A DNA stretch of 64,000 nt from an uncultured Gammaproteobacteria bacterium (GTDB taxonomy: Bacteria > Patescibacteriota > Microgenomatia > Levybacterales > GWA1-39-11). How positions within the stretch are numbered: position 1 is the first letter of the stretch; each line of letters starts with the position of its first letter. Location: positions 92,522 through 156,521 of the forward strand of contig CAZYWG010000002.1 in NCBI GenBank assembly GCA_964651815.1, in the 5' to 3' direction. The translations under genes were made by a program, and so were the position numbers. The notes beneath the pieces were generated by a model. That model was not told the DNA's origin. It did not search any database and worked only from the letters and a program-made list of their open reading frames with translations. Of this stretch, positions 19,769 to 29,496 are shown piece by piece.

Positions 19769-20638
19769 ATGATAAATATAGACATCCCAAGTTGGGAAGA
19801 GTATGAACTTATCGACTCGGGAAACGGAAGGAAACTCGAGAGGTTTGGAAAATACATTTTAAATAGAATTGAATCACAAGCATCCTGGCATCAAAGTTTG
19901 TCGGAAGATGAATGGCACAAAGCAGATGCGACGTTTAAAAAAACGGACGAGCGAAACGGCGTTTGGGTTTTTAAAAATAAACTTCCAGAGCAATGGAGTT
20001 TGCAATTTGAAGAGATGAAACTTATATTGCGGCTCACACCCTTTGGGCATGTGGGAATTTTTCCAGACCAAGCAAATCAATGGGGCTGGATCTATGACAA
20101 GATAAAAGCTGCGAATCGGCCGATAAATGCTTTGAGTTTATTTACATACACAGGAGCTGCAACTTTTGCAGCTGCAGCGGCCGGCGCAAATGTGGTACAT
20201 GTTGATGCATCAAAACCTGCAATTACATGGGCACGGGATAATCAAAACGCATCAAAACTCTCAACTAAACCTATTCGTTGGATTCCTGAGGATGCAATGA
20301 AGTTCGTAAAACGCGAGGTAAGACGAGGCACACGTTACGACGCAATCATTATGGATCCACCAAAGTTTGGGCGTGGACCACAGGGTGAAGTTTGGAAATT
20401 TGAAGAGAACTTCCCCGAGCTATTAGATTACTGTAGACAAATACTTTCTGAACAACCGTTATTTATACTAACAACCGCATACGCCATCCCCGTTTCATCA
20501 ATTGCGTTATCCAATATGATTGCGGACACTACACGCAAGTTGAAAAACGGAACAATTGAATATGGAGAACTTGGTTTAAAGCAAAAATCAAACGACCGAA
20601 TTTTGCCAACAGCTATTTACGCACGTTGGGAAAGTTAG
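19769..20638 (+). CDS. Class I SAM-dependent methyltransferase (short RlmI-like)
   Basis: YELIDSG, LFTYTG, HVDAS and MDPPKFGRG motifs. Confidence 0.9.
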   Translation: MINIDIPSWEEYELIDSGNGRKLERFGKYILNRIESQASWHQSLSEDEWHKADATFKKTDERNGVWVFKNKLPEQWSLQFEEMKLILRLTPFGHVGIFPDQANQWGWIYDKIKAANRPINALSLFTYTGAATFAAAAAGANVVHVDASKPAITWARDNQNASKLSTKPIRWIPEDAMKFVKREVRRGTRYDAIIMDPPKFGRGPQGEVWKFEENFPELLDYCRQILSEQPLFILTTAYAIPVSSIALSNMIADTTRKLKNGTIEYGELGLKQKSNDRILPTAIYARWES

Positions 20639-22797
20639 GAAGTAACAATTCCAAATTCGGTAATTTTTCCTCCACAATATTTAATAATCTTGTCACATAC
20701 TTCCTGCAAGACTTGTTCAACTACTTTTGGCGTAACATCAAAAATTCCGTCAACATTTATGTATAAATTTTTTGTTTCGAGCTGAACTGCAGTCCTTACG
20801 GAATCCCGATAGTTAAAATCCATATTTATTCCGCCAATTTTATCAAAATAAGCAATTTCCCCATCTTTGTAATCTGTTTCACTTTCATCCCCAAGTAAGT
20901 GTATTTTATCGCTCACTTTTGCAAAACGGAGTAGCGTTGGAAATTGAATTTTATCGTAATCAAATGCGCCCGAGGAGACTCTATTTTTTACTACAACTAA
21001 ATTGTATGCATCAACACAAGTGTTAACAGTATATAGTCCTTTTTTTTGAGCGATACGACGCATTAAAGCCTCAGGACTGGGACGCCTGGAGTGCCAATCT
21101 ATACCCGTTGCTTTATATAATTTTCTGTATGCTTGGACTTCCGGAAATTCGTTAATCTGCTCATTTGTCAGAGAGTCTAAACTTTTTATTAACTCTTCTT
21201 TTTCCTGTTCGAGTCCCGGGTTTGATTTTTCAATTTTTACTCCTTTAATTACTGCTACACCCACTGAAACCGAAGGAAATTTTTCCTTGATACTTTCGTC
21301 AATTGAAAAAATTTTGGAGTTTCCGGCTTTCGATGATTTATTAAGAATCGAATTTTTTTCAGGCTTTAATGTCGGGAAAATTACAACTTCTTTTATTGCC
21401 CAGGTGTTTGTAAAAAACATTACCAAGCGGTCAATCCCAATCCCTATTCCGCCTGTCGGTGGCATCCCATATTCCATTGCCGTCAGAAAATCTTCATCTA
21501 TATGCTGTGCTTCTTCTGTATTCTTTCGAGCCGCATTTGTATCATTTGTAAATCTTTCCCTTTGAATTTTAGGGTCAGTCAACTCAGACCAACCGTCGCA
21601 AATTTCTTTTCCGCCAATATATCCTTCAAATCTTTCAACCCAGCCTGGTTTTGTCCTATGCGTTTTTGATAGAGGGCTAACGTCCTCCGGATAATCTATA
21701 ATCCATGTTGGCTCAATTAAAGTTTGTGGTATCAAATGCTCAAATATTGCAAATATTAATTGCCCTTTTGTTTCTCCACCAACAAGTTGAATATCAGGAC
21801 AATTTTTTTTGGCATATTCAAACAAAGATTCTGCGCTTTCTTTTTCAACATCTAAACCAAGTTTGTCTTTCATGATCTCACTCATTTCAATTCTCGGCCA
21901 TTTTTTACCTATATCAATTTTATGTTCTCCTACCGAAATTGTTGTATGTTTATAAAGTTTTTTAGCCAAATGTTTAAACAGACCTTCCGCAACATCCATG
22001 ATTCTTTGATAGTCGGCATACGCCTCATACCATTCAAGCATTGTAAATTCCGGAAAATGAGTGTGGTCAATACCCTCATTCCTAAAATCTTTTGCTATCT
22101 CATAAACTTTTTCGTATCCACCAATAACCAATCTTTTCAAATATAGTTCGACGGCAATTCTTAGATACATATCTTGGTCAAAAGCGTTCACACGTGTTTT
22201 AAAGGGTCTCGCGTTGGCACCTCCATAAAGCGGCTGTAGAACAGGGGTTTCAACTTCCCAAAATGAAAGATTATCAAGATATTCACGAATTCCAGAAACG
22301 ATTTTGGAGCGAATATTAAATTTTTCCCGAGCTTCCGGATTTAGAAGTAAATCCAGATATCTCTGGCGGAAACGAGTCTCTACATCTTTTACACCAAAAA
22401 ACTCAGAAGGAATTGGAACTAACGATTTTGTCAATAACATATATGAACTAGGGCTAATGGAAATTTCTCCAGCGGTTGTTTTCATAACTTCTCCCTCAAC
22501 TCCAATAAAGTCTCCGATATCAAGCACTTTTAAATTTTTAAATTCGTCACCAAGTAGTTTTTTTTGGAAAAAAATCTGTATTTTTCCGGTCTCATCATGT
22601 AGATCCGCGAATGCAATATTTCCATGTTCGCGATATGAATAAATTCGGCCTGCTGTTTTGACTATTTTTCTTTCAGATTCAAGAGCCGAAGCAACCGAAT
22701 GAGTTTTTTCAAATGACGCCGCGTAAGGATTCCACCCCAATTCTTTTATTTTCGCGAGCTTTTCTTCTCTAATTTTTTTGTAATAATTATCGTCCAT
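20635..22797 (-). CDS. lysS: Class II lysine-tRNA ligase with C-terminal B3/4 domain fusion
   Basis: RFRQRYLDL, GGANARPF, FRNEG and GMPPTGGIGIGIDRL, then about 225 aa of B3/4 domain (RPSPEALMRR, VNTCVDAYN, GAFD). Probable start MDDNYY at 22797. Confidence 0.95.
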   Translation of the reverse strand: MDDNYYKKIREEKLAKIKELGWNPYAASFEKTHSVASALESERKIVKTAGRIYSYREHGNIAFADLHDETGKIQIFFQKKLLGDEFKNLKVLDIGDFIGVEGEVMKTTAGEISISPSSYMLLTKSLVPIPSEFFGVKDVETRFRQRYLDLLLNPEAREKFNIRSKIVSGIREYLDNLSFWEVETPVLQPLYGGANARPFKTRVNAFDQDMYLRIAVELYLKRLVIGGYEKVYEIAKDFRNEGIDHTHFPEFTMLEWYEAYADYQRIMDVAEGLFKHLAKKLYKHTTISVGEHKIDIGKKWPRIEMSEIMKDKLGLDVEKESAESLFEYAKKNCPDIQLVGGETKGQLIFAIFEHLIPQTLIEPTWIIDYPEDVSPLSKTHRTKPGWVERFEGYIGGKEICDGWSELTDPKIQRERFTNDTNAARKNTEEAQHIDEDFLTAMEYGMPPTGGIGIGIDRLVMFFTNTWAIKEVVIFPTLKPEKNSILNKSSKAGNSKIFSIDESIKEKFPSVSVGVAVIKGVKIEKSNPGLEQEKEELIKSLDSLTNEQINEFPEVQAYRKLYKATGIDWHSRRPSPEALMRRIAQKKGLYTVNTCVDAYNLVVVKNRVSSGAFDYDKIQFPTLLRFAKVSDKIHLLGDESETDYKDGEIAYFDKIGGINMDFNYRDSVRTAVQLETKNLYINVDGIFDVTPKVVEQVLQEVCDKIIKYCGGKITEFGIVTS

Positions 22798-22811
22798 AAT
22801 TTGATTATACC

Positions 22812-22839
22812 AAACAAAAACCCCTCGATCTGAGGGGTT
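22812..22839 (-). terminator. Attenuator terminator upstream of lysS
   Basis: AACCCCTC-AGATC-GAGGGGTT-TTTGTTT. Confidence 0.85.
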
Positions 22840-22870
22840 CATAAGTTCTTTAGACCAAGAAAAAGAACCC

Positions 22871-22918
22871 CTAGACGAGGTGTTTCTTGGACTTCTTGTT
22901 AGCTAAAATTCTTTTCAT
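22871..22918 (-). CDS. Lys-rich leader peptide of lysS, MKRILANKKSKKHLV
   Basis: 5 Lys in 15 codons, clustered as KKSKK; the stop overlaps antiterminator arm AGGGGTTC; TGgTAAGAT -10 at 22928-22936. Confidence 0.8.
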   Translation of the reverse strand: MKRILANKKSKKHLV

Positions 22919-22941
22919 ATTTCCATTATCTTACCACAAGA

Positions 22942-23847
22942 TTAATTAGCATTCAATAATAATTTATCAATGTCAAATATTCTAAAAACATTTTTTGCAG
23001 GCCCAGTCATAAAAATAGAATCTTCAGGATTATTCCATGATATTTCAAGTGTCCCTCCCGGCAAATGGATTTTTGCGGATTTATCAGAAAAATTATTGAG
23101 AAGCGCTGCAGCAAGTGTTGCGCATGCTCCTGTTCCACACGCAAGTGTCAAACCTGCACCTCTTTCCCAAACATGAACGGTTATATCACTTTTACTATTT
23201 ACTTCCGCGAATTCTATATTTATTTTTTGGGGGAAAAGAGAAGTCATTTGTTCAATTTGTGGCCCGTACTCTTTTACGTATTTTTGAGCGCTACCTTTTT
23301 TGACAAAAAACACTACATGCGGATTTCCCATACTAATATATGTACCTTTTAGCTTTCTGACTTCTTTATTTTTTGTTTGCTTAGAATTGAATTTCACTTC
23401 CACTATTCCTTTTTTACCTGGATTAATCAAAATTTGCTTTGGATCATATGTAACGGGCTTACCCATATTGACCTTAACTGATGCTTCATTTTCAGAATTT
23501 TTTAACACCTCCGGGATAATTATTCCGGCATCCGTATCAACAGGTATTGGGCCTTTATTTGTAATTAACTTATTATCAATTAGATATTTTGCAAAACATC
23601 GAATGCCGTTGCCACACATTTCCGCCAATGATCCATCTGCGTTAAAATACTTCATTCTATATTTTGCATCCTTAACTCTAGACTTAGTAATGGTTATAAC
23701 ACCATCTGCACCAACACCGGTATGAAATGCACAGATCCTGCGAACCTGATCTGGTGTAGTCCTTTCTTCAAAATCAACGTAAAATACGAAATCATTTCCG
23801 CATCCATGCATTTTCATAACAGGATATGAGTTTTGAGTGAGTTTCAT
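22942..23847 (-). CDS. dapF: Diaminopimelate epimerase
   Basis: KMHGCGNDF, EMCGNG, GNPH and ERGAGLTLACGTG motifs. Confidence 0.97.
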   Translation of the reverse strand: MKLTQNSYPVMKMHGCGNDFVFYVDFEERTTPDQVRRICAFHTGVGADGVITITKSRVKDAKYRMKYFNADGSLAEMCGNGIRCFAKYLIDNKLITNKGPIPVDTDAGIIIPEVLKNSENEASVKVNMGKPVTYDPKQILINPGKKGIVEVKFNSKQTKNKEVRKLKGTYISMGNPHVVFFVKKGSAQKYVKEYGPQIEQMTSLFPQKINIEFAEVNSKSDITVHVWERGAGLTLACGTGACATLAAALLNNFSDKSAKIHLPGGTLEISWNNPEDSIFMTGPAKNVFRIFDIDKLLLNAN

Positions 23848-23849
23848 GA

Positions 23850-25481
23850 TTATTTTAAGTCTTGTGGAACTTTTTCATATTTCCACATATCTTCAACGAG
23901 TTGTCTTGCACGAATTTCTTCAAGTTTTCCATTTGTACGAACAAGAATTTCAGGATGAAGAGGTTGAGAATTGTAATTTCCGGGTGCCATAGAAGCACAA
24001 TATGCACCCGCTCGTCCTACTACAACCAAATCCCCTATGTTTGCTTCCAGCATACGTCTTGGATCTATATACTCAGGATTTCCCGGTCTAACCGTCAATA
24101 CATCTCCACTTTCACAGCATATTCCAAAAACTACATATTCTTTAATTTGCTGTTTCTCAAAGTTTTGAGGAATAACAAAAAGCGGATGCTGCGCCCCATA
24201 CATGGGAATTCTAGCATTCATGTTCATACCGGCATTTACTTTCAGGAATTCTTCTCCTTGCAAACCCGTATTCACCTTATCTACAATTTCAGTTAAAATA
24301 TATCCAGCATTTGCAACAAGAGCTGTTCCTGGTTCCACCTCTAGGACAATTTTCCTCCCTGTTTCTTTATAAAACCCCTTGAGTGCATCACTCATTGCAT
24401 GTCCCATTTCTGCGATATCCGCCGCATGTTCATAACTCATTCCGGCAACTTTAAAACCGCCGCCCATGTTAAGAGCTGTGACGTCCGGATAATTTTTAAC
24501 TAACTTTAATCCTTCGCCTATTGCCTCTTTTTGTTTTTCAGGATCACTACCAGACCCAATATGTAAATGAACAGTTTTTAATTTGAGTTTGTACTTTTGC
24601 AAAAGTGAATCTATTTCCTCTCTTTGCTCATAAATTCCGAATGGTGAATTTCTGCCTCCTGTTGAAGTCTGAGGTGTCCAACCAGACCCTATACCTATGT
24701 TAAATCTTACACTAACCTCAGAACCTGGTAGAGCTTCCCCGTATGTTAAGAGTTGTAGGAGAGAACAGGCAGTGTAAACAATTTTATTTTTTGCGATAAA
24801 TTTTAGATTTTCCGGCGTTTGCACTTCTTGACTTGTCAGACGAATTTTTTCACCCTCAATATCTGCACCCTTTATTGCGCGCGTGCATTCATTAATAGTG
24901 CTTGCATCAAAATAAATCCCCATCTTTTTATATAAAGAGAGTATTGCAGCGGTAGGGTTTGCTTTAATTGCAAATCTTACAATCAGACCATAGGGCGCCG
25001 GAATTTTCAAGAAATTACCCAGATTCTGTTTTAGATCAGATTCGAAATATACATAGACCGGGTTACCAAATTTTTTATTAATCCTCTTGAAAGTTTCAAT
25101 TTTGACCTTAGGGAGAACTTCGACTTTGGGATGTTTTATAACATTTACGCTAACAGGTTCTTTTTTACCGTCTACTATGTTTTCCAGCAAGTCTATTCCG
25201 GGGTGTTTTCCCGGATTTTTTCGCGCGTCCGCTTGTAATTCTTTTCCATAAATTTTAAGCCCCAAAACTGCTTGTTTCTTGTCTATTTTATTTTTATTTT
25301 TTTCTCCCAAATATACATAGAGCTTTAGAGAATTTTGTTTGCCGGGACGATTTGGAAATTCCAAGTTTACTTGTTCTCCATAAACCTCAACTCTTTTTAT
25401 ATCTTTTGAGTTTATTTTTAATGCTGCGATTCGATCTTTAAAAGCATCGTTCAAATTTAGCTTCTTGAATTGTTGTTTCAT
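23850..25481 (-). CDS. lysA: Diaminopimelate decarboxylase with N-terminal DUF2322-like domain
   Basis: FAIKAN (PLP Lys), HLHIGS, GGG, EPG, CESGD and GAYC motifs; extra ~120 aa with NRPGKQNSL and DARKNPGKHPGIDLL. Confidence 0.92.
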   Translation of the reverse strand: MKQQFKKLNLNDAFKDRIAALKINSKDIKRVEVYGEQVNLEFPNRPGKQNSLKLYVYLGEKNKNKIDKKQAVLGLKIYGKELQADARKNPGKHPGIDLLENIVDGKKEPVSVNVIKHPKVEVLPKVKIETFKRINKKFGNPVYVYFESDLKQNLGNFLKIPAPYGLIVRFAIKANPTAAILSLYKKMGIYFDASTINECTRAIKGADIEGEKIRLTSQEVQTPENLKFIAKNKIVYTACSLLQLLTYGEALPGSEVSVRFNIGIGSGWTPQTSTGGRNSPFGIYEQREEIDSLLQKYKLKLKTVHLHIGSGSDPEKQKEAIGEGLKLVKNYPDVTALNMGGGFKVAGMSYEHAADIAEMGHAMSDALKGFYKETGRKIVLEVEPGTALVANAGYILTEIVDKVNTGLQGEEFLKVNAGMNMNARIPMYGAQHPLFVIPQNFEKQQIKEYVVFGICCESGDVLTVRPGNPEYIDPRRMLEANIGDLVVVGRAGAYCASMAPGNYNSQPLHPEILVRTNGKLEEIRARQLVEDMWKYEKVPQDLK

Positions 25482-26701
25482 ATTTTTAAATTCTTTTTCA
25501 TACTCTCAACTGCTTTTTCAATATTTTCTCTATGGCCAAATGCGGACAGTCTAAAATATCCTTCTCCGTGTGGACCAAATCCACTTCCAGGTGTTCCAAC
25601 AACGTGAGCTTCGGAAAGCACTTTATCAAAAAATTCCCATGAAGTCATTTTGTTAGGGGTTGCGAGCCAAATATAAGGAGCGTTTTCTCCCCCAAAAGTT
25701 TTAAGCCCTAAGCGATCCAAAGCGCGTTTTATGATTTTTGCATTATCCATGTAGTATTTAATGATTTTCTTTGACTCTTTTTGTCCTTCTGTACTTAAAG
25801 CAGCAAGTCCACCTTCTTGAACTATGTTTGATGCTCCGTTAAACATTGTGGTTTGGCGCCTATTCCAAAGTTCATTTATTTTTCCGATGGGTACATCTTC
25901 TGTAATAAGTTTTTTTGGAACAATAGTCCAGCCAAGTCTGACACCTGTAAACCCTGCCGATTTTGAAAAACTGTTTATTTCTATTGCACAAGTTTCCGCC
26001 CCTTTTATTTCGTAAATACTTCTTGGTAAGGATTTATCCTGAATATATTCCGAGTACGCTGCGTCAAAAATAATTATTGACTTATTCTTAATTGCGTAAT
26101 CCACAAACTTTTTAAGTTGCGCGCGGGTTGCAACGGCACCCGTAGGATTATTGGGGCTGCATAAATAAACTATGTCGACTTTTTTATCTGGGGGCTCCGG
26201 AACGAATCCATTTTTAGAATTGCAAACCATATAATAAAGTCCTTTATAAATACCTTTTGAAAATTCTCCAGTTTTTCCAGAAATCACATTACTATCTACA
26301 TAAACTGGATATACCGGGTCTTGAATTGCAATGATACTTTTTTCATCAAAGATGGACGCGATATTTGCGGTGTCAGGTTTTGCACCATCACTTACAAAAA
26401 CCTCAGTTGGATCAATTGAGATATTTCTTTTTTTATACCATTTGGCAAGAGCGGCTCTTAAACGAGAATCGCCTTGTTCATCCCCATAACCCGTATAGGT
26501 TGCAACTTTTGAAAGCTTATCAACACCCAATTTCAAACCTTTAATTATTGCAGGTGGCAATGGCTCCGTGGTATTTCCAATTCCAAGACGGAGAATTTGG
26601 ACCCCGGGATTTTTTTCTTGGAACACTTTTGTCCTTTTTGCAATTTCAGAAAACAAATAACCTGCCTGTAATTTATTGTAATTTTTATTAATTTTTGCCA
26701 T
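25478..26701 (-). CDS. dapL: LL-diaminopimelate aminotransferase
   Basis: YLFSEI, SDGAK, DPVYPVY, PNNPTG, SFSKSAGFTGVRLG and GYFRLSAF motifs. Confidence 0.97.
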   Translation of the reverse strand: MAKINKNYNKLQAGYLFSEIAKRTKVFQEKNPGVQILRLGIGNTTEPLPPAIIKGLKLGVDKLSKVATYTGYGDEQGDSRLRAALAKWYKKRNISIDPTEVFVSDGAKPDTANIASIFDEKSIIAIQDPVYPVYVDSNVISGKTGEFSKGIYKGLYYMVCNSKNGFVPEPPDKKVDIVYLCSPNNPTGAVATRAQLKKFVDYAIKNKSIIIFDAAYSEYIQDKSLPRSIYEIKGAETCAIEINSFSKSAGFTGVRLGWTIVPKKLITEDVPIGKINELWNRRQTTMFNGASNIVQEGGLAALSTEGQKESKKIIKYYMDNAKIIKRALDRLGLKTFGGENAPYIWLATPNKMTSWEFFDKVLSEAHVVGTPGSGFGPHGEGYFRLSAFGHRENIEKAVESMKKNLKI

Positions 26702-26776
26702 TTTTTAGATACTTTTAACGAATACAATGAGTTTAGAGTAACTTAACTTCAGACTCAAAAAGACTGAAATAACTTC

Positions 26777-27877
26777 TTAATTCTCTATATATCCTTTCGC
26801 CTTTAATAATTCAGCTGTCAAAATAGCACCTCCTGCTGCTCCCCTAATTGTATTGTGGGAAAGTCCCACAAATTTATAATCTAAAACGTCGTCTTCTCGT
26901 AATCTACCGACAGAAATTCCCATACCGTTTCCAATATTCCTGTCAAGTTTTGTTTGCGGCCTATCGTCTTGATCAAATATCGTGATGAAACGCTTGGGAG
27001 ACGACGGTAAATTTAGTTTTTCGATAGGACTTTTAAAATTTTCCCAAGCAGCTAAAATTTTGGATTTTGAAACTTTCTTAGAAAATGAAAGACTAACACT
27101 TGCCATATGCCCATCACCAACCGGAACACGTAAACATGTAGCCGAAATTGCGGGGAGAGTTGCATTCTTTATTTTTCCATTTTTTATTTCTCCCCAAATT
27201 TTCATGGGTTCTTTTTCGCTTTTTTCTTCCTCGCCGGAAATATATGGTATTACATTATCATTCATCTCCGGCCAAGTTTTAAGCGTTTTTCCGGCACCGG
27301 AAACTGCCTGGCAAGTTGTAACAATTATCTTCTTTGGGCCGAATTTCAACAGCGGAGTGATGAGCGGAACATACGACTGAATAGAACAATTTGGCTTGAC
27401 TACAATAAACCCACTTCTTTTATGATTTTTTTTTTGTATCTCAATCAAATTTAAGTGCTCAAAATTGATTTCCGGTAAAATCATCGGAACGTCTTCAGTC
27501 CAACGGTGGGCAGAATTATTTGATACAACCGCGATACCCAGATCTGCATAATCATTTTCTATTTTTTTTATTTCTACACGAGGCATATCCAAAGCAGAAA
27601 ATACCAGACTTACCGAATCGGAAATTTTTTTCATGTCGTCCTCAACTGACAGAACTTTCATGTTCGAAACTCTGCCTGGCATCTTTTCTTCAATCAACCA
27701 TCGCCTTTCAACAGCATTTTTATACGATTTTCCGGCCGACTTTGGGGACGCAGCAATTGCAACTATTTCAAACCATGGATGACCAGATAATAATGTTACA
27801 AACCTTTGCCCCACCATTCCTGTAGCACCAAGAATACCAACTGGGATTTTTTTTTGATTCTTTAGAGTACCAACCAA
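26777..27877 (-). CDS. asd: Aspartate-semialdehyde dehydrogenase
   Basis: GATGMVGQ, KPNCS, QAVSGAG and HNTIRGAAG motifs. Confidence 0.97.
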   Translation of the reverse strand: MVGTLKNQKKIPVGILGATGMVGQRFVTLLSGHPWFEIVAIAASPKSAGKSYKNAVERRWLIEEKMPGRVSNMKVLSVEDDMKKISDSVSLVFSALDMPRVEIKKIENDYADLGIAVVSNNSAHRWTEDVPMILPEINFEHLNLIEIQKKNHKRSGFIVVKPNCSIQSYVPLITPLLKFGPKKIIVTTCQAVSGAGKTLKTWPEMNDNVIPYISGEEEKSEKEPMKIWGEIKNGKIKNATLPAISATCLRVPVGDGHMASVSLSFSKKVSKSKILAAWENFKSPIEKLNLPSSPKRFITIFDQDDRPQTKLDRNIGNGMGISVGRLREDDVLDYKFVGLSHNTIRGAAGGAILTAELLKAKGYIEN

Positions 27878-28762
27878 TTATATCCACCCACCCTTCTTCA
27901 AAACTTCCTTCAAAACAATTTTATTTTTGTCAGCCATTTTTACGAGTGGCAGACGGAAAGACTCTTTGATGTAACCCATCATAAACAATGCTGTTTTGAC
28001 TGGTATAGGATTCGATTCAATAAAATTCACATTCATCAAATCCAAAAGAGAATAGTGAATTTTTGCGGCTTTTCTAAAATCTCCGGCAAGTCCTGCTTGA
28101 ATCAGTTCGGTAAACTCTTTCGGCACTTCATTGGAAACAACAGATATACACCCGTCTCCTCCCACTGAAATTAATGGAAGTGCAATTGAATCATCACCTG
28201 ACAAGACTGCAAAGTCGCGACTGGCGCCTTTTACAATTTCCATCATTTGCGGAATACTACCCGAGGCTTCTTTAACTGCCACAACTTGTGGAACTTTTTT
28301 TGCTATTTCTATTACTGTTGAAGGCGCAACGTTGGAACCCGTACGTCCAGGAACGTTGTATAAAATGATTGGCATATCAACGGACTTGGCTATTGCTCTA
28401 AAATGAGCAAGCAGACCGGCAGGAGTTGGCTTGTTATAATATGGCGACACATGAAGTAATCCGTCAACACCAGCTTTTTTACAAATTTTGGAAAGTTCAA
28501 TTGCCTTTTGAGTATCATTACTTCCAGCACCCGCAATTACCGGAACTTTCTTTTTTACTTCGAGAACAACTGTCTTAACAACTAATTCATGTTCTGCAAG
28601 GGTCATAGTTGCTGCTTCCCCTGTTGATCCGCAAGGAACTATTGCATTTATTCCGCTTTCGAGTTGAAACTTGACGAGTTTTTTAAGTGCTACGATGTCT
28701 ACCTTTCCGTTTTCGGTAAAAGGCGTTGCAAGTGCAGTAATCGCTCCATAAAACTTTTTCAC
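27878..28762 (-). CDS. dapA: 4-hydroxy-tetrahydrodipicolinate synthase
   Basis: GSTGE, PYYNKP, YNVPGRTG, KEASG and SNPIPVK motifs. Confidence 0.97.
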   Translation of the reverse strand: MKKFYGAITALATPFTENGKVDIVALKKLVKFQLESGINAIVPCGSTGEAATMTLAEHELVVKTVVLEVKKKVPVIAGAGSNDTQKAIELSKICKKAGVDGLLHVSPYYNKPTPAGLLAHFRAIAKSVDMPIILYNVPGRTGSNVAPSTVIEIAKKVPQVVAVKEASGSIPQMMEIVKGASRDFAVLSGDDSIALPLISVGGDGCISVVSNEVPKEFTELIQAGLAGDFRKAAKIHYSLLDLMNVNFIESNPIPVKTALFMMGYIKESFRLPLVKMADKNKIVLKEVLKKGGWI

Positions 28763-29496
28763 TAGTTACTCACCTCTTTTCTAAAAACATCTTCAAAAGA
28801 ATAAAAACCTTTTTTTCCTTTTATAAATTCCGCTGCAAAGATTGCCCCCTTTGCAAAACCACTTCTATTGTGCGCTTCATGAGTTAGTTTTATTTCGTCG
28901 GCATCACTATCAAAAAATATTTCATGTCTCCCAAAATACCGTCCGGTCCTAAGAGAAACAAAATGCAATTCATCTTTTTTTATCTGGCGGTTTAAACTCC
29001 CTGTTTGCAGACTTTTTTTGTAAGGAACATTTTCTATAATTATTTCAGAAAGTTTTTTTGCTGTTCCTGATGGACTATCTTTTTTTCCTTTGTGATGCGT
29101 TTCAACACCGGCTACGTCATAATCAAATTTCCCAAACAAGCGAGAAGCATAATCAACAACCTGAAAAAAAATAGCGGCGCCTATTGAAAAATTTGATCCA
29201 TAAATTAATCCCGCTTTAGATGTTGCAACAAAACTTTTCACTTTCGATATATCAGAATACCAACCGCTTGTTCCAACAACCATATTAGTTCCAAGAGGAA
29301 GAATTTGACGAACGTTTGAAAGGATTATTTCAGGAGCAGTAAAATCTATTGCAACGTCAGCACTTTTAATTCCGGCAAGATCCAGCTTCCTATTTTTGTC
29401 AGAGAAACTTACGGAAACAATTTTATGCGAAGTGGAAGAAGCTATTTCCTCAACGGCTTTACCCATTTTTCCATATCCTACAAGCGCTATTCTCAT
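28762..29496 (-). CDS. dapB: 4-hydroxy-tetrahydrodipicolinate reductase
   Basis: GYGKMG, IDFT, ETHHKGKKDSPSGTA and FAKGA motifs. Confidence 0.97.
   Translation of the reverse strand: MRIALVGYGKMGKAVEEIASSTSHKIVSVSFSDKNRKLDLAGIKSADVAIDFTAPEIILSNVRQILPLGTNMVVGTSGWYSDISKVKSFVATSKAGLIYGSNFSIGAAIFFQVVDYASRLFGKFDYDVAGVETHHKGKKDSPSGTAKKLSEIIIENVPYKKSLQTGSLNRQIKKDELHFVSLRTGRYFGRHEIFFDSDADEIKLTHEAHNRSGFAKGAIFAAEFIKGKKGFYSFEDVFRKEVSN

Noticed and set aside
22798-22842. Longer lysS N-terminus MNPSDRGVFVWYNQI
   Set aside because: It runs through the terminator and a -10 box. Similar over-extended starts were trimmed for carA, rplQ, infA and the ORFs starting at 10947, 32586, 47514 and 54707.
26702-26776. 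Internal attenuator between asd and dapL
   Set aside because: No convincing hairpin plus U tract or Lys-rich ORF.
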